Numbered from the stretch's first letter, positions 28,367 through 39,861 are shown. The stretch is DNA of 64,000 bases from Thermodesulfobacteriota bacterium (GCA_034189385.1 JAXHVD010000022.1:1-64000), one strand, 5' to 3'. The notes: a model not told the origin generated them from the sequence alone. Numbers and translations: made by a program.

Positions 28367-28830
28367 CCCCTTTTCTTTCTAATTCTGTAGGCTCATGAAC
28401 AGGGCCCAAGAAGCGTCCTTTCATATGAACGAAATGGTCCTTTGTCAACAAGATTCCCAGACCTTCGTTCTTTTTTCTTCATGAGGCGCTCTTTTATTGT
28501 TGCGTCTCGGTCTCTTCCGGGAACGCGATCGTTGGAATGAGTCTTGCATGTCTTTCCTTTGCAGCACGTTTTTTCTCTTTGGACAAACCAAGGGAAGGTT
28601 CAAGCGCTTTGGTTGTGGACATGTCCCTTGTTTGCTAATAAGCCTTCAAGGTAGCAGGGACGCAGTTGTGTGCTCTGGTAAAGGCAGTCTTTCGGCTTTC
28701 CGTCCAGGCATGCCTCGATTACAGGTGGCTGTATGAGAGAGTCACTTGGCGTCAACAAATTGTCACCCGCACCCAGGGAGGGCTTGAACCGAATAAGGGA
28801 GCGCAATCTCCACAGGAGACGAGGTGGCTT

Positions 28831-30042
28831 ATGCCGATCTATTTGTGGCGAGGAGAAGACAGAAAGGGCATTATCCAGAAGGGTGAAGTAGAGGCTGATG
28901 ACCAGAAGGCCGCAGAAGCCCAAGTGCGGCGCATGAACATCAGGGTCACCAAAATAAAGAAAAAGCCCAAAGATTTGTTTGAAAACGTCGGCTTTTTGCA
29001 GCCTCGGGTACGCAACGCTGATGTAGTTGTATTTGCAAGACAATTTGCAACCATGATAAACGCCGGACTTCCACTGATTCAGTGCCTTGATATCTTGCAG
29101 GCACAGCAAGAAAACAAAACCTTCAAGACCATGTTGAAGGATATCAAGGAGTCTGTAGAGAGCGGCTCAACCCTTGCGGATGCCTTGGGGAAGTATCCGG
29201 CCATATTTGACGACCTTTTCGCAAACATGGTAGCGGCGGGAGAAACAGCCGGTATCTTGGACACCATCTTAAACCGACTTTCAGAGTACATGGAAAAAGC
29301 TCAGAGGCTCAAGAAGCAGGTCAAGTCGGCCATGACGTATCCCATTATAGTCCTTGTCGTTGCCGTCCTTGTGATTAGCGTCATCTTGGTCTTTGTCATT
29401 CCCGTCTTCAAAGAGATGTTCGAGGACTTTGGGGGAGCCCTCCCTGTACCCACTCAGATTGTCGTAAACATGAGCGAGTTTGTTCAGAGTAACATCCTGT
29501 ATGTCATTGTCGGCATTGTCATTTTTGTCTTCTTATTTAGAAAGTTTTATGCCACTGAAAAGGGTCGTGCCATCGTAGACAACTATCTGCTGAAGATACC
29601 TATTTTTGGCGCACTCTTGCGTAAGGTGGCGGTGGCGAAATTTACACGAACCCTTGGCACCATGGTCGGCAGCGGGGTGCCCATCTTGGACGCGTTGAAT
29701 ATTACGGCAAAGACCTCAGGCAACAAGACCGTTGAGACGGCCATCATGAAGACGCGGTCGGCTATTAGCGAGGGGCAAACCATGGCAGCCCCCCTGGGTG
29801 AGACTGGGGTGTTTCCTTCCATGGTGTGTCAGATGGTGGCGGTGGGAGAATCTACAGGGGCCTTGGATTCCATGCTTGCCAAAATAGCCGATTATTATGA
29901 TGAAGAAGTGGATGCCGCAGTCGCAACCCTCACGTCTATGATTGAGCCCTTTATGATGGTGTTTCTGGGTGCTACCATTGGCGGGTTGGTTATTGCGATG
30001 TACTTGCCCATTTTCCAGATGGCTGGTGCTATTGGTGGATAA
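28831..30042 (+). CDS. pilC: Type IV pilus inner-membrane platform protein (T2SS F family)
   Basis: FARQFATMINAGLP, AGETAGILD, AMTYP, IEPFMMV, AMYLPIF; GAGGTG SD. Confidence 0.95.
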   Translation: MPIYLWRGEDRKGIIQKGEVEADDQKAAEAQVRRMNIRVTKIKKKPKDLFENVGFLQPRVRNADVVVFARQFATMINAGLPLIQCLDILQAQQENKTFKTMLKDIKESVESGSTLADALGKYPAIFDDLFANMVAAGETAGILDTILNRLSEYMEKAQRLKKQVKSAMTYPIIVLVVAVLVISVILVFVIPVFKEMFEDFGGALPVPTQIVVNMSEFVQSNILYVIVGIVIFVFLFRKFYATEKGRAIVDNYLLKIPIFGALLRKVAVAKFTRTLGTMVGSGVPILDALNITAKTSGNKTVETAIMKTRSAISEGQTMAAPLGETGVFPSMVCQMVAVGESTGALDSMLAKIADYYDEEVDAAVATLTSMIEPFMMVFLGATIGGLVIAMYLPIFQMAGAIGG

Positions 30043-30199
30043 TGCACAGTCTAAGGCCAAGCCCTTTGTGCCCATGCCGTGCGTCTTGGGGGCTTGAAGC
30101 CGATTCCCCTTGCCAATAGCAAAGGGATGTGCAAACGTGTCCTCAGATCCTGCACGCGCCCCTGTTCATTTCAATCTCCCCTTTTCAACAAGACTCAGC

Positions 30200-30332
30200 G
30201 AGGGCTTTGCATAACCGGTTTGAGCGGCCATTACAGGCTTTTTGGGGAACCCATTCCGGCGAAGCGAAGGGTCCGCCCTTGCGGATCAAAAAGCTTGTAG
30301 GAAGAAGCGAAAATGGGTTTTGCAAAGGTCTC
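30200..30332. mobile_element. Small non-autonomous element with IS5-like ends (family B)
   Basis: GAGGGCTTTGCATAACC / GGTTTTGCAAAGGTCTC inverted ends (14/17); core shared with 12688-12754. Confidence 0.65.
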
Positions 30333-30442
30333 TTGGCAACGAGGGATCTGGGCCCCCGTGGTCTCTGACCCTTCCCCACCTGCCGGGCCTTTTATCTTGA
30401 CACGTTGGGGCAAATAAGTTAGCAGGAATCCTTTAAACTTTT

Positions 30443-30644
30443 AGTAACGTTCAGAGGTTGTGGCATCTTGTAGGCCGGAGCAGACCATTTGACGATAGGG
30501 ACGCGGATCTCTTCGGCATCTCATGCCCTTGAGACGCCTATGTCATTGGCGCAGATGCAACAAGGCTGTGTGCCTGTGTTGTGCGCTTTTTTCTATTACC
30601 CCAACTGCTGAACAACTGGGCTTGGTTCAACGCTTGAACGTGCC
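30443..30644 (+). mobile_element. MITE family A, copy 2 (202 bp, diverged), in the lysS leader
   Basis: AGTAACGTTCA...TGAACGTGCC; TSD AAACTTTT/AAGCTTTT; shared GATAGGG...TCTCTTCGGCATC core. Confidence 0.8.
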
Positions 30645-30670
30645 AAGCTTTTCCATGAGGTGGCTATCCA

Positions 30671-32146
30671 GTGGACGAATCTGATGTTTTCCGTCAGCGA
30701 CGAGAGAAGGCAAAGATCCTAACTGATCGTGGTATTGAGCTCTATCCAAACGACTTTAGGGTTTCACACACCGTAAGGGGCGTGAAGGCATGCATTGAGA
30801 AGGACAAGGAGGCTGGAGACTCTGGGGCTATTTATGCCATGGCCGGCAGGATGATGGCGCTCAGATCTTTCGGTAGGGCAGCGTTCCTGCACTTCAAGGA
30901 CCAAACGGGCAGGCTTCAAGCCTACGTCAAACAAGACGAGATTGGCAAGGAAGCCCATGCCATGTTCAAACAGATGGACATTGGTGACTTCATCGGGCTC
31001 AGAGGCACCGTGTTTCAGACCAAGACGGGCGAATGGACCCTTTTAGCCAAAGAGATTCGATTGCTTTGTAAGGCCGTTCGGCCGTTGCCTGAAAAGTTCC
31101 ATGGACTGAAAGATCCGGAAAAGCGCTACCGAAAGAGGTACCTGGACCTCATTATGAACCCGAGTGTTCGGGATATCTTTGTTAACAGGGCACGGATCAT
31201 TCAGGCGTTTCGGGAGTTCCTGCTGGCCCGGGACTTCCTGGAAGTAGAGACACCGATGATGCAGCCTATTCCCGGAGGGGCTGAGGCGACTCCTTTTAAG
31301 ACCTTTCACAAGGCCTTGGGGATGGAACTCTTCCTGCGAATAGCTCCGGAGCTTTACCTAAAACGATTGGTTATAGGGGGGATTGAAGCCGTTTTTGAAA
31401 TAAACAGGAATTTTAGGAATGAAGGGGTCTCAACGAGACACAACCCAGAGTTCACGATGCTGGAATTCTACCTGGCCTATGCCACCTATGACGACCTGAT
31501 GACCTTGACTGAGGAGATGTTCAGATTTGTAACCCGGAGAATATTGGGAGAACCCCATTTCACATACCAAGGAAACCAGATTGATTTGGACGGTCCTTGG
31601 CGCCGATTGACCCTCAAAGACGCCCTGAGTGAGCTGGGGGGGGTCGATCCTCTTCTTCTCAGTGACAAGGAAGGATTGCTCGATTTTGCCCGGTCCAAAG
31701 GGATTCAGGTGACAAAGAGACGACGGCTTGGCAAAATCTTGGCCAAGCTATTCGAGGTATTGGTGGAGCCCAAGTTGATAGCGCCCACTTTTGTTGTGGA
31801 CTATCCGGTAGAGATTTCACCCCTTGCCAGAAGGAGCAGGTCAGACCCCGGTGTAACCGAGCGATTCGAGCTGTTTATTGGAGGCAATGAGATAGCTAAC
31901 GGGTTTTCAGAGCTAAACGATCCCATCGACCAGAGAGATCGCTTTTTGGACCAGGTGACAGATCGTCAAGACGGTGACGAAGAGGCCCATTACATGGATG
32001 AAGACTATGTGACGGCTCTCGAATATGGAATGCCTCCTACGGCGGGAGAAGGTATCGGCATTGACAGGTTTGTCATGTTGCTAACCGATGTTGCTTCCAT
32101 CCGTGAAGTTATCCTTTTCCCCTTGTTAAGGCAATTTGATCGTTAG
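30671..32146 (+). CDS. lysS: Lysine--tRNA ligase (class II)
   Basis: LPEKFHGLKD, RYLDLI, LRIAPELYLKRL, FRNEG, YGMPPTAGEGIGIDR. Confidence 0.98.
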   Translation: MDESDVFRQRREKAKILTDRGIELYPNDFRVSHTVRGVKACIEKDKEAGDSGAIYAMAGRMMALRSFGRAAFLHFKDQTGRLQAYVKQDEIGKEAHAMFKQMDIGDFIGLRGTVFQTKTGEWTLLAKEIRLLCKAVRPLPEKFHGLKDPEKRYRKRYLDLIMNPSVRDIFVNRARIIQAFREFLLARDFLEVETPMMQPIPGGAEATPFKTFHKALGMELFLRIAPELYLKRLVIGGIEAVFEINRNFRNEGVSTRHNPEFTMLEFYLAYATYDDLMTLTEEMFRFVTRRILGEPHFTYQGNQIDLDGPWRRLTLKDALSELGGVDPLLLSDKEGLLDFARSKGIQVTKRRRLGKILAKLFEVLVEPKLIAPTFVVDYPVEISPLARRSRSDPGVTERFELFIGGNEIANGFSELNDPIDQRDRFLDQVTDRQDGDEEAHYMDEDYVTALEYGMPPTAGEGIGIDRFVMLLTDVASIREVILFPLLRQFDR

Positions 32147-32319
32147 TGCGTGCCCATCTGCACGCCCTGCAAGGAAGCGGGCACTAGTGTCATGCACCAG
32201 AAGTGCCATTAGTCACGGTGCAGCCGAAAGTCTTTTAGGTGCGACATTGAGTATTTTCGGAAGTTATTGTTGAGAAGCCATCGTGGCTTTTTGAGACCTC
32301 AGACAAAGAAGCTTTAGAG

Positions 32320-33576
32320 ATGTCCTTTGAACTATTTGTCGGCCTTCGGTACCTTCGGGCAAAACAAAAAGAGGCCTTCATTTCAATAAACGCCTTTATA
32401 TCTATCGCAGGGGTCATGCTCGGCGTGACGGCCATGATGGTGGTTTTGGCAGTCATGACTGGGTTCAGTGCGGACATTAAATCGAAGATCCTGGGCATGA
32501 ATGCCCATATCCGTGTCATGAGCCAGAGCGGGAACCTAAAGGACTATGGACAGGTACTGAAGAAGATTGAGGGGGTGCACGGGGTGACGGCTGCGGCTCC
32601 TTTCGTCCACAGTCAAGTGATGCTTCGTGGTGGGTCCCATATTTCCGGGGCAATCTTGAAGGGAATCGACCCGTCCAGGGCTGGTCGGGTATTGGATTTG
32701 GAAAAAAATATGAGGGACCATGATCTGCGCGCACTCAGCCAGCCAGAGGGCACACAGACAGATGGAGGCGTCGCCCCCGTTCCTGGCATTATCTTGGGAC
32801 AAGAGCTTGCCAGGTTGCTGATGGTGGGTCCTGAAGATGAATTGCATGTCATCTCTCCCACAGGGGGCAGCCTCACGCCCGTCGGAGGGCGGGTGCCCTA
32901 CATGAAAAGATTTAGAGTCGTGGGGCTCTTTGATTCAGGGATGTATGACTACGATACATCCTTTGCCTATGTCTCTATTGAATCGGCCCAGCGGCTGTTG
33001 AGGCTTGGAGATTCAGTCAATGGGATCGAGGTGAGGGCCGATGACATCTATCGTGTTGGTCCTATCTGCCAGACTATTTTGGAGGGCCTTGGCCCTGGTT
33101 ATTGGACGCAGGACTGGATGGAAATGAACAAGAATTTCTTTTCTGCCCTGAAGCTGGAAAAGACCGTCATGTTCATCATTCTGGTACTCATCATCTTGGT
33201 GGCTGCTTTCAACATCGTCAGTACGCTGATCATGATGGTCATGGACAAGACCAAGGAGATTGCTATTCTCAAGTCCATGGGTGCAAAGGGGAAGAGCATC
33301 ATGAAGATCTTCATGTTCGATGGTCTTATAATAGGTATAGCGGGGACTATCTTGGGCCTTATAGGAGGGGGCTTGCTGTGCTATTTGTTAGAGCGTTATG
33401 AATTTGTCAAGCTTCCAAGTGATGTCTACTATATTTCCACCCTCCCTGTCAGAGTCCAGGTGTTAGATGTGGTCCTCATCGCCCTGTCGGCAGTGGCCAT
33501 TAGCTTCTTGGCGACCCTCTACCCGTCCTATCAGGCGTCCAGGTTGGATCCAGCTACAGCTATTAAGTATGAATAG
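32320..33576 (+). CDS. lolE: Lipoprotein-releasing ABC transporter permease LolC/E
   Basis: [36 protein letters not shown]; precedes lolD. Confidence 0.9.
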   Translation: MSFELFVGLRYLRAKQKEAFISINAFISIAGVMLGVTAMMVVLAVMTGFSADIKSKILGMNAHIRVMSQSGNLKDYGQVLKKIEGVHGVTAAAPFVHSQVMLRGGSHISGAILKGIDPSRAGRVLDLEKNMRDHDLRALSQPEGTQTDGGVAPVPGIILGQELARLLMVGPEDELHVISPTGGSLTPVGGRVPYMKRFRVVGLFDSGMYDYDTSFAYVSIESAQRLLRLGDSVNGIEVRADDIYRVGPICQTILEGLGPGYWTQDWMEMNKNFFSALKLEKTVMFIILVLIILVAAFNIVSTLIMMVMDKTKEIAILKSMGAKGKSIMKIFMFDGLIIGIAGTILGLIGGGLLCYLLERYEFVKLPSDVYYISTLPVRVQVLDVVLIALSAVAISFLATLYPSYQASRLDPATAIKYE

Positions 33577-34261
33577 GCAGCTTCGGCCATTGGTGAGCGT
33601 TGTAGACGTCCACAAATCCTTTGCCACAAATGGCAACCGGGTGGACGTGTTGCGGGGGGTTTCCTTGGAGATCCAGCAGGGAGAAATGATTGCCGTTGTG
33701 GGTGCCTCTGGCGTGGGCAAGTCCACATTGCTTCATGTCTTGGGAACCTTAGAACGACCCGATAGTGGAGATGTCCTTTATGGAGGTGAGGAGGTTTTCA
33801 GCTACGATGACGAGAAACTGGCCTCTTTCCGCAACGAGTCTATCGGCTTTGTCTTTCAGTTTCACCACTTGTTGCCGGAGTTTAATGCCCTGGAAAACAC
33901 GATGATGCCTGCCCTTATCAAGGGCATGAATGTGACAGAGGCGAGTGAACAGGCTGAAACCATATTGGTCCGCGTTGGCCTGAAAGATCGGCTTCGCCAT
34001 CAGGTGGGCGAGCTTTCAGGAGGCGAACAACAGAGGGTGGCTGTGGCTAGGTCTTTGGTCCTTCGGCCATCGGTCCTCTTGGCGGACGAACCGACCGGTA
34101 ATCTTGATACAAAGACTGGTGAGACCATACACGATCTTCTGATCTCCTTGAACCGTGATGACGATGTGACGGCTGTCATCGTGACCCATAACATGAAGTT
34201 GGCTGAAAGATTATCCCGTCAGGTGACCCTGATTGACGGGAGGGCAGTCTCGGTAGATTGA
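33569..34261 (+). CDS. lolD: Lipoprotein-releasing ABC transporter ATPase
   Basis: [35 protein letters not shown]. Confidence 0.93.
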   Translation: MNRQLRPLVSVVDVHKSFATNGNRVDVLRGVSLEIQQGEMIAVVGASGVGKSTLLHVLGTLERPDSGDVLYGGEEVFSYDDEKLASFRNESIGFVFQFHHLLPEFNALENTMMPALIKGMNVTEASEQAETILVRVGLKDRLRHQVGELSGGEQQRVAVARSLVLRPSVLLADEPTGNLDTKTGETIHDLLISLNRDDDVTAVIVTHNMKLAERLSRQVTLIDGRAVSVD

Positions 34262-34262
34262 G

Positions 34263-36908
34263 GTGCGTATGCTAAGGCGATGGTTGTGTGCTGTGCTGAT
34301 CTTGTTGCCCGGCTGGATAAGTGTCATAGCCCAGGAGCACTTGCGAGTAGTAGTTCTTCCCTTTGAGATACACGCCCCTCAAGGGGGAGAAGGCCTGAAA
34401 GGCCAGATTCGGACGCTCCTTGCAAATCAACTCAAAGAGGAGGGGATGGTGGTTGTGGAACCGTCGATCCCCCATGAGGCCCCACTTGTTTCCAAAGACT
34501 TGAGATTGGAACAGGTCCGCGCATTGGGCTCAGGGGCAGGCGCCGACTTCGTCATATGGGGAAGTCTTACTCAGATGGGGCAGCAGTACAGTCTGGATGC
34601 CAAGATGGTGAGAGCCTATGGCGAGAAGCCGCCAGAGATTCTATACGTTGCAGGGGAGGGTATGGAGAATTTGTTATACTCTGTTCGGCAGCTTGGACAG
34701 GACATCAGCATGAGGATGTACGAGAGGGACAAGGTGGCCGAGGTCTTGCTCACAGGCAACAAGCGGATAGAGTCTGAGGCCATCAAGCGGGTGATGAAGA
34801 CCAAGAAGGGTGGTGTCTATCTAGCCAAGCACATCAGGGCTGATGTGAAGGCCATTTATGGGATGGGCTATTTTGGTGACGTCCGCGTCGAGGCCGACAC
34901 TACGCCTGAAGGAAAGGTGGTCACTTTCCAAGTTGCAGAGAAAGAGACCGTTCGCAACATCAAGACACGGGGGAACAACGAGTTTGACGACGAAAAGATC
35001 AAAGGCTTGATTCGTACCAGGAAGGGGAGCGTCTTGAACATCAACAGGCTTCGCGATTCCGTAAAGGAGATTGAGAACCTTTACAAGGAGGAGGGCTACC
35101 ATCATGTGAAGGTGACCTATGTGACAAAGCCTGTTTCAGAGGGCCGTGTGGATGTTGATTTTGTAATTGAAGAAGGCGACAAGGCTTTCATCAAGTCCCT
35201 CTCTTTTGAAGGCAACCACACCTATGATGATGATACGTTGAAGGACCTGATGAAGACCAAGGTGAAGGGTTTCTTTTCATGGTTTACCTCGTCGGGAGAT
35301 TATGATCCTGAGGTTCTGGAACAAGATTTGTCTAAGGTCGCTGCTTTTTATCACAATCATGGCTACATTCAGGCAAGGGTTGGAGGGCCGCAAGTCACCT
35401 ATAAGGGTAACTGGATTCATATTGCCATGAAGATAGAGGAGGGGCCGCAGTTTACGGTTGGTGATGTGGATATTGCAGGAGATCTCATACAGCCTAAGCA
35501 GGTCCTGCTGGAGAAGATAGAGACTGCCACAGGCCAGGTTTACAACCGTGAACTGATAAGGAGTGATATACTCAGTTTGAGAGACGCCTATTCCGATGCA
35601 GGATATGCGCACCCTGATATCTCCCCACAGGTTGACAAGGATTTTGAAAAACACAAGGCTCATATTACCTATGTCGTCCACAAGGGGCCAGTGGTCTATT
35701 TTGAAAAGATCATGATTGCGGGCAACACCAAGACGCGGGACAAGGTGATTCGCAGAGAGCTCCAGGTCTACGAGCAAGAACTCTTCAGCGGGAGACGGTT
35801 GAAGAGAGGCGCGCGTAACTTGTATCGCCTTGATTATTTTGAAGACGTAAAGGTGAACCCCACAAAGGGGACGGCCGATGACAAAATGATCCTTAAGATC
35901 GACGTGACGGAAAAGCCCACCGGTGCATTTAGTTTTGGCGGTGGCTACAGCTCCGTAGACGACGTGTTTCTTATGGGATCGATTTCACAAAGAAACTTCC
36001 TCGGCAGAGGGCAAACTCTTAGCTTGCAGGCCCAGTTGGGCGGCCGAACCAACACCTTTACATTCAGCTTCACGGAACCATGGCTGTTTGACACGCCACT
36101 GACAGCAGGTTTTGATCTCTACAATACGGAAAGGGACTATGATACCTATGACAAGGATAGCATAGGGGGCACCGTTCGTTTCGGCTATCCTGTCCTGGAC
36201 TACACCCGGGCCTTCTTTTCCTACAACTATGACCGGGGCGACATCAGGAACCTCACAGAAGAGGCTTCTGCTGCCATCAAGGATCTTGAAGGATTAAACG
36301 TGGCCCACACAGTGACTGCGGTTTTAAGCCGGGATTCAAGGGACCGTGTTTTTCAGCCCACTGAGGGCTCGGACAACAGCATTACCGTCAAACATGCTGG
36401 AACGCCCTTTGGTGGCGATATTGGGTACACCAAGTATGTTCTTGATTCTGGATGGTATTTCCCCCTTTTTTGGGATACCGTTGGTCTGTTGCATGGTCGT
36501 ACAGGCTTTATCCACGGTGACCCTGTGGGCAAGGTGCCCTTGTGGGAGCGCTTCTACCTGGGAGGCATGGGTTCTGTGCGGGGTTACGAGTGGCGGGATA
36601 TCAGCCCCAGAGACCCGGAGACGGGGGACGAGATCGGGGGAAACAAGATGCTACAGTTTAATGTGGAGTTCATGTTTCCCCTCATAAAGGAATCAGGCCT
36701 GCAAGGGGTCCTGTTCTGCGATGCGGGAATGGCCTATGATAATGGAGAAGACATGGACCTCGGTGAGTTGAGAAAGAGCATAGGCTACGGTATCAGATGG
36801 TATTCTCCAATAGGCCCCATCCGTTTGGAATATGGATACATCTTGGATGACAAAGAAGGGAAAAAAGGCGATGGAGGGTTTGAGTTCACCATGGGGGCTG
36901 CGTTTTAG
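34263..36908 (+). CDS. bamA: Outer membrane protein assembly factor with extra N-terminal domain
   Basis: POTRA repeats, GNTKTRDKVIRRE, VRGY, SPIGPIRL, terminal F. Confidence 0.96.
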   Translation: MRMLRRWLCAVLILLPGWISVIAQEHLRVVVLPFEIHAPQGGEGLKGQIRTLLANQLKEEGMVVVEPSIPHEAPLVSKDLRLEQVRALGSGAGADFVIWGSLTQMGQQYSLDAKMVRAYGEKPPEILYVAGEGMENLLYSVRQLGQDISMRMYERDKVAEVLLTGNKRIESEAIKRVMKTKKGGVYLAKHIRADVKAIYGMGYFGDVRVEADTTPEGKVVTFQVAEKETVRNIKTRGNNEFDDEKIKGLIRTRKGSVLNINRLRDSVKEIENLYKEEGYHHVKVTYVTKPVSEGRVDVDFVIEEGDKAFIKSLSFEGNHTYDDDTLKDLMKTKVKGFFSWFTSSGDYDPEVLEQDLSKVAAFYHNHGYIQARVGGPQVTYKGNWIHIAMKIEEGPQFTVGDVDIAGDLIQPKQVLLEKIETATGQVYNRELIRSDILSLRDAYSDAGYAHPDISPQVDKDFEKHKAHITYVVHKGPVVYFEKIMIAGNTKTRDKVIRRELQVYEQELFSGRRLKRGARNLYRLDYFEDVKVNPTKGTADDKMILKIDVTEKPTGAFSFGGGYSSVDDVFLMGSISQRNFLGRGQTLSLQAQLGGRTNTFTFSFTEPWLFDTPLTAGFDLYNTERDYDTYDKDSIGGTVRFGYPVLDYTRAFFSYNYDRGDIRNLTEEASAAIKDLEGLNVAHTVTAVLSRDSRDRVFQPTEGSDNSITVKHAGTPFGGDIGYTKYVLDSGWYFPLFWDTVGLLHGRTGFIHGDPVGKVPLWERFYLGGMGSVRGYEWRDISPRDPETGDEIGGNKMLQFNVEFMFPLIKESGLQGVLFCDAGMAYDNGEDMDLGELRKSIGYGIRWYSPIGPIRLEYGYILDDKEGKKGDGGFEFTMGAAF

Positions 36909-36916
36909 GCCAAGGG

Positions 36917-36995
36917 TCATTGGCCATTGGTCATTTGTCATTGGTATGCCGTTGTTTGCTGCCTGTGACAGATGACGAGTGACAAATGACAATTG
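36917..36995. repeat. Inverted pair of heptamer tandem repeats (GTCATTG)n/(TGACAAA)n
   Basis: Four degenerate 7-mers in each orientation, able to form a hairpin, between bamA and skp. Confidence 0.75.
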
Positions 36996-37017
36996 ATGAA
37001 AAGGGGAGGTTTTTCTC

Positions 37018-37557
37018 ATGAAGGCACCTACCATGTTTTTGGTTTTGACCCTATGTCTGTTGGGTTTTGCAGGGAGCGTCTGCGGGGCTGAGGTGGCAAA
37101 GATAGGTGTGATCGATTTCCAGGTGATCATTGACACTTCCAATGCTGGAAAGCGGTCCGCCGGTGAGATGAAGTCGCAGGGAAAGGAAATGGAGCAGACC
37201 CTTAAAGAAAAAGAGGCCGAAGTCGAAGAGCTCAAGAAGGCCTTAGAGCAGAAGGCCCTCGTCATGAGTGAAGAGGCCCGAGAGAAAAAGGAGCGGGAGT
37301 TGCGGATCAAGGCCATTGATTTCGATTCTCTCAGGAAGAAGTACCTGGAGACTTTAAAGGATCTGAATCTCAAACTCTCTGACAGGATCAAGGAAGACGT
37401 TTTTCACATTGTTGAGGACATAGGAAAGCGGGAAGGTTACTTGTTGATTTTGGAACGGAGGGTTGGAGGCGTTGTCTATGCGCCTCATGCGATTGACATC
37501 ACGGACAGGGTCATAGAGGCCTATAACAAACAAGATGCGCAACGAGAGAAGCAATAG
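37018..37557 (+). CDS. skp: OmpH/Skp periplasmic chaperone
   Basis: Signal peptide, KIGVID, coiled coil, DITDRVI; between bamA and lpxD. Confidence 0.92.
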   Translation: MKAPTMFLVLTLCLLGFAGSVCGAEVAKIGVIDFQVIIDTSNAGKRSAGEMKSQGKEMEQTLKEKEAEVEELKKALEQKALVMSEEAREKKERELRIKAIDFDSLRKKYLETLKDLNLKLSDRIKEDVFHIVEDIGKREGYLLILERRVGGVVYAPHAIDITDRVIEAYNKQDAQREKQ

Positions 37558-37559
37558 AA

Positions 37560-38615
37560 ATGACTGAACTTTCCATAAGCAAGATTGCGGAGTTGGTAAA
37601 AGGTGAAGTGATCGGAGATGCCGCCCTTGTCGTTGGAGGCGTTGCCCCATTTGATGACGCCGGCCGAAACGATCTCACCTTTGCCACGTCTGCAAGCTTC
37701 AAGCAGCGGATTGACGAAACCGGCGCCGGGGCAGTGATTGTCCCCCTTGATGTCCTCCAGTCCCGGAAGGTTCTTGTCCGTGTGGAGAATCCCTATCTGG
37801 CTTTCGCCAAGGTTTCGGCCCTGTTCCATGCCACCTCCCGGTCGGTGGTTGGGATCAGTCCACGGGCCACGGTAGGGAGGAATTTCAGGTGCGGCAAGGA
37901 TATCTCCGCCTATCCGGGTGTTTTTATTGGAGACAATGTGACCGTAGGTGACCGTGTCACCTTGGAGCCGGGCGTGATGGTTGGGCACGGCGTAAGGCTG
38001 GGAGATGATGTTGTTGTCCGTCCCAACGTCTCCATTTTGGATCGTTGCCAAATCGGCAACAGGGTTCTAATTCATGCCGGTTCCGTCATCGGCAGCGACG
38101 GCTTTGGTTTCGCCTCAGATGGGGACAAATACTACAAAATCCCGCAGGTTGGTATTGTGCGCATTGACGATGATGTGGAAATAGGCGCATGCAATACGAT
38201 TGATCGAGCTACCTTTGGCCAAACGTGGATCAAACGGGGGGTCAAGACAGACAATTTGGTCCACATTGCCCACAATGTAGTGGTGGGCGAAGATACTGTT
38301 CTGGTGGCGCAGGTAGGGATATCAGGCAGTGTAACCATTGGAAACCATTCTATCCTTGCGGGCCAGGCGGGGGTGGCACAACATGTTACTATTGGCAGTC
38401 GCGTAACCGTTGGGGGTCAGTCCGGGATTGGTAAGTCTATACCAGACGGTCAGATCGTTTCTGGAACCCCGGGTATGCCACATCGCCTTTGGCTGAGGGC
38501 CTCCAATATCATCCCCAAGCTGCCTGACATGAGAAGGAAAATGACAGAGTTGGAGAGGCGAATCCAGAAGCTGGAGAAGCTGGAAGAAGCCCTAAAAGAC
38601 GAAGATGAGTCATAG
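37560..38615 (+). CDS. lpxD: UDP-3-O-acylglucosamine N-acyltransferase
   Basis: NPYLAFA, IGSDGFGF, TIDRAT, DNLVHIAHN, hexapeptide repeats. Confidence 0.97.
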   Translation: MTELSISKIAELVKGEVIGDAALVVGGVAPFDDAGRNDLTFATSASFKQRIDETGAGAVIVPLDVLQSRKVLVRVENPYLAFAKVSALFHATSRSVVGISPRATVGRNFRCGKDISAYPGVFIGDNVTVGDRVTLEPGVMVGHGVRLGDDVVVRPNVSILDRCQIGNRVLIHAGSVIGSDGFGFASDGDKYYKIPQVGIVRIDDDVEIGACNTIDRATFGQTWIKRGVKTDNLVHIAHNVVVGEDTVLVAQVGISGSVTIGNHSILAGQAGVAQHVTIGSRVTVGGQSGIGKSIPDGQIVSGTPGMPHRLWLRASNIIPKLPDMRRKMTELERRIQKLEKLEEALKDEDES

Positions 38616-38644
38616 ACACCTTGCCTGCCCGAAAGGAATGATTC

Positions 38645-39091
38645 ATGGAGATGGTATACGACATTCAAAAAATCATGGAGTTCTTGCCTCATCGATATCC
38701 CTTTATTCTGGTGGATCGCATTTTGGAGGTGGTGCCGGATCAGCGTATCTTGGGCTTGAAGAATGTGACGATGAATGAGCCGTTTTTTCAGGGCCACTTC
38801 CCGGGAAGACCGGTCATGCCAGGCGTGTTGATTGTTGAGGCCATGGCGCAGACTGGAGGGGTTCTGGTCTTTGCCTCACTTCCCGAAGACCAAAGGACCG
38901 GTCCGATCTACTTCATGGGTATTGACAAGGCCCGCTTCAGAAAACCTGTGACACCAGGAGACCAGCTCATTTTCGACATAGTTTGGACTAAGAGACGGGG
39001 AAATGTCTCAAAGATGTCCGGCAAGGCTACGGTGGACGGAAAGGTCGTTGCAGAGGCTGAAGTAACGGCCATGATCGGAGACAGGGCATGA
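38645..39091 (+). CDS. fabZ: 3-hydroxyacyl-ACP dehydratase
   Basis: [25 protein letters not shown]. Confidence 0.98.
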   Translation: MEMVYDIQKIMEFLPHRYPFILVDRILEVVPDQRILGLKNVTMNEPFFQGHFPGRPVMPGVLIVEAMAQTGGVLVFASLPEDQRTGPIYFMGIDKARFRKPVTPGDQLIFDIVWTKRRGNVSKMSGKATVDGKVVAEAEVTAMIGDRA

Positions 39092-39861
39092 TACATCCCA
39101 CTGCTGTGGTGGATTCGAATGCGGAGATAGAAAGGGATGTAGAGGTCGGGCCCTATGTTGTCATAGGCCCTGACGTGAGAATACATGCCGGCACTGTTAT
39201 CGGTCCCCATGCCACTATTGATCCGTACACCACAGTCGGTCCGAAGTGCACCATATTCCAACACGCGGCCATAGGTGGGGTTCCTCAGGCCCTGAAGTAC
39301 AAGGGAGAAAAGACGTTCGTAAAGATCGGCGGAGGGACCACCATTAGAGAATTTGTGACTATTCATCGGGGCACGGAGTTCGGGGGGGGGATGACGGAGG
39401 TTGGAGAAGAGAATTATCTCATGGCCTATTCCCATATTGCTCACGATTGCTTCACCGGTCGAGGGGTCATTTTTGCCAATGGGGCAAGCCTGGGTGGGCA
39501 CATTCGGGTGGGGGATTATGCCACCATGGGGGCCTTTGCGGCAGTTCACCAGTTTGCGCGGATCGGAGACTATGCCTTTGTGGGAGCCGTCAGTGGGGTC
39601 ACAAAGGACATTCCACCCTATGTGCTTGCCTCAGGGACCCCCCGGGCCAAACTTCACGGCCTGAACTCTGTTGGGCTCAGGCGGCATCACTTCGCAGCCC
39701 CGACTATTCAAGCCCTCAAAGGGGCCTATCGCATCGTCTTTCGCCTCGGATTGACCTTAAATGAAGCGATAGAGAGGGTGAGGGCGGAGGTAGAGCAGAT
39801 CCCTGAGGTGATCCATTTTATAGAGTTTGTCAAGTCATCGGAGCGAGGAATTACCAGATAG
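39088..39861 (+). CDS. lpxA: UDP-N-acetylglucosamine acyltransferase
   Basis: IHPTAVV, IREFVTIHRGT, HIAHDC, VHQF. Confidence 0.98.
   Translation: MIHPTAVVDSNAEIERDVEVGPYVVIGPDVRIHAGTVIGPHATIDPYTTVGPKCTIFQHAAIGGVPQALKYKGEKTFVKIGGGTTIREFVTIHRGTEFGGGMTEVGEENYLMAYSHIAHDCFTGRGVIFANGASLGGHIRVGDYATMGAFAAVHQFARIGDYAFVGAVSGVTKDIPPYVLASGTPRAKLHGLNSVGLRRHHFAAPTIQALKGAYRIVFRLGLTLNEAIERVRAEVEQIPEVIHFIEFVKSSERGITR

Noticed and set aside
28666..28830. N-terminal extensions of pilC (and similarly int, truA, lpxI, lpxB, both waaA copies)
   Set aside because: Downstream starts match family N-termini and in several cases have better SD sequences
36917..36995. CRISPR array
   Set aside because: 7-bp units without unique spacers; no cas genes or repeat-spacer arrays found anywhere in the window
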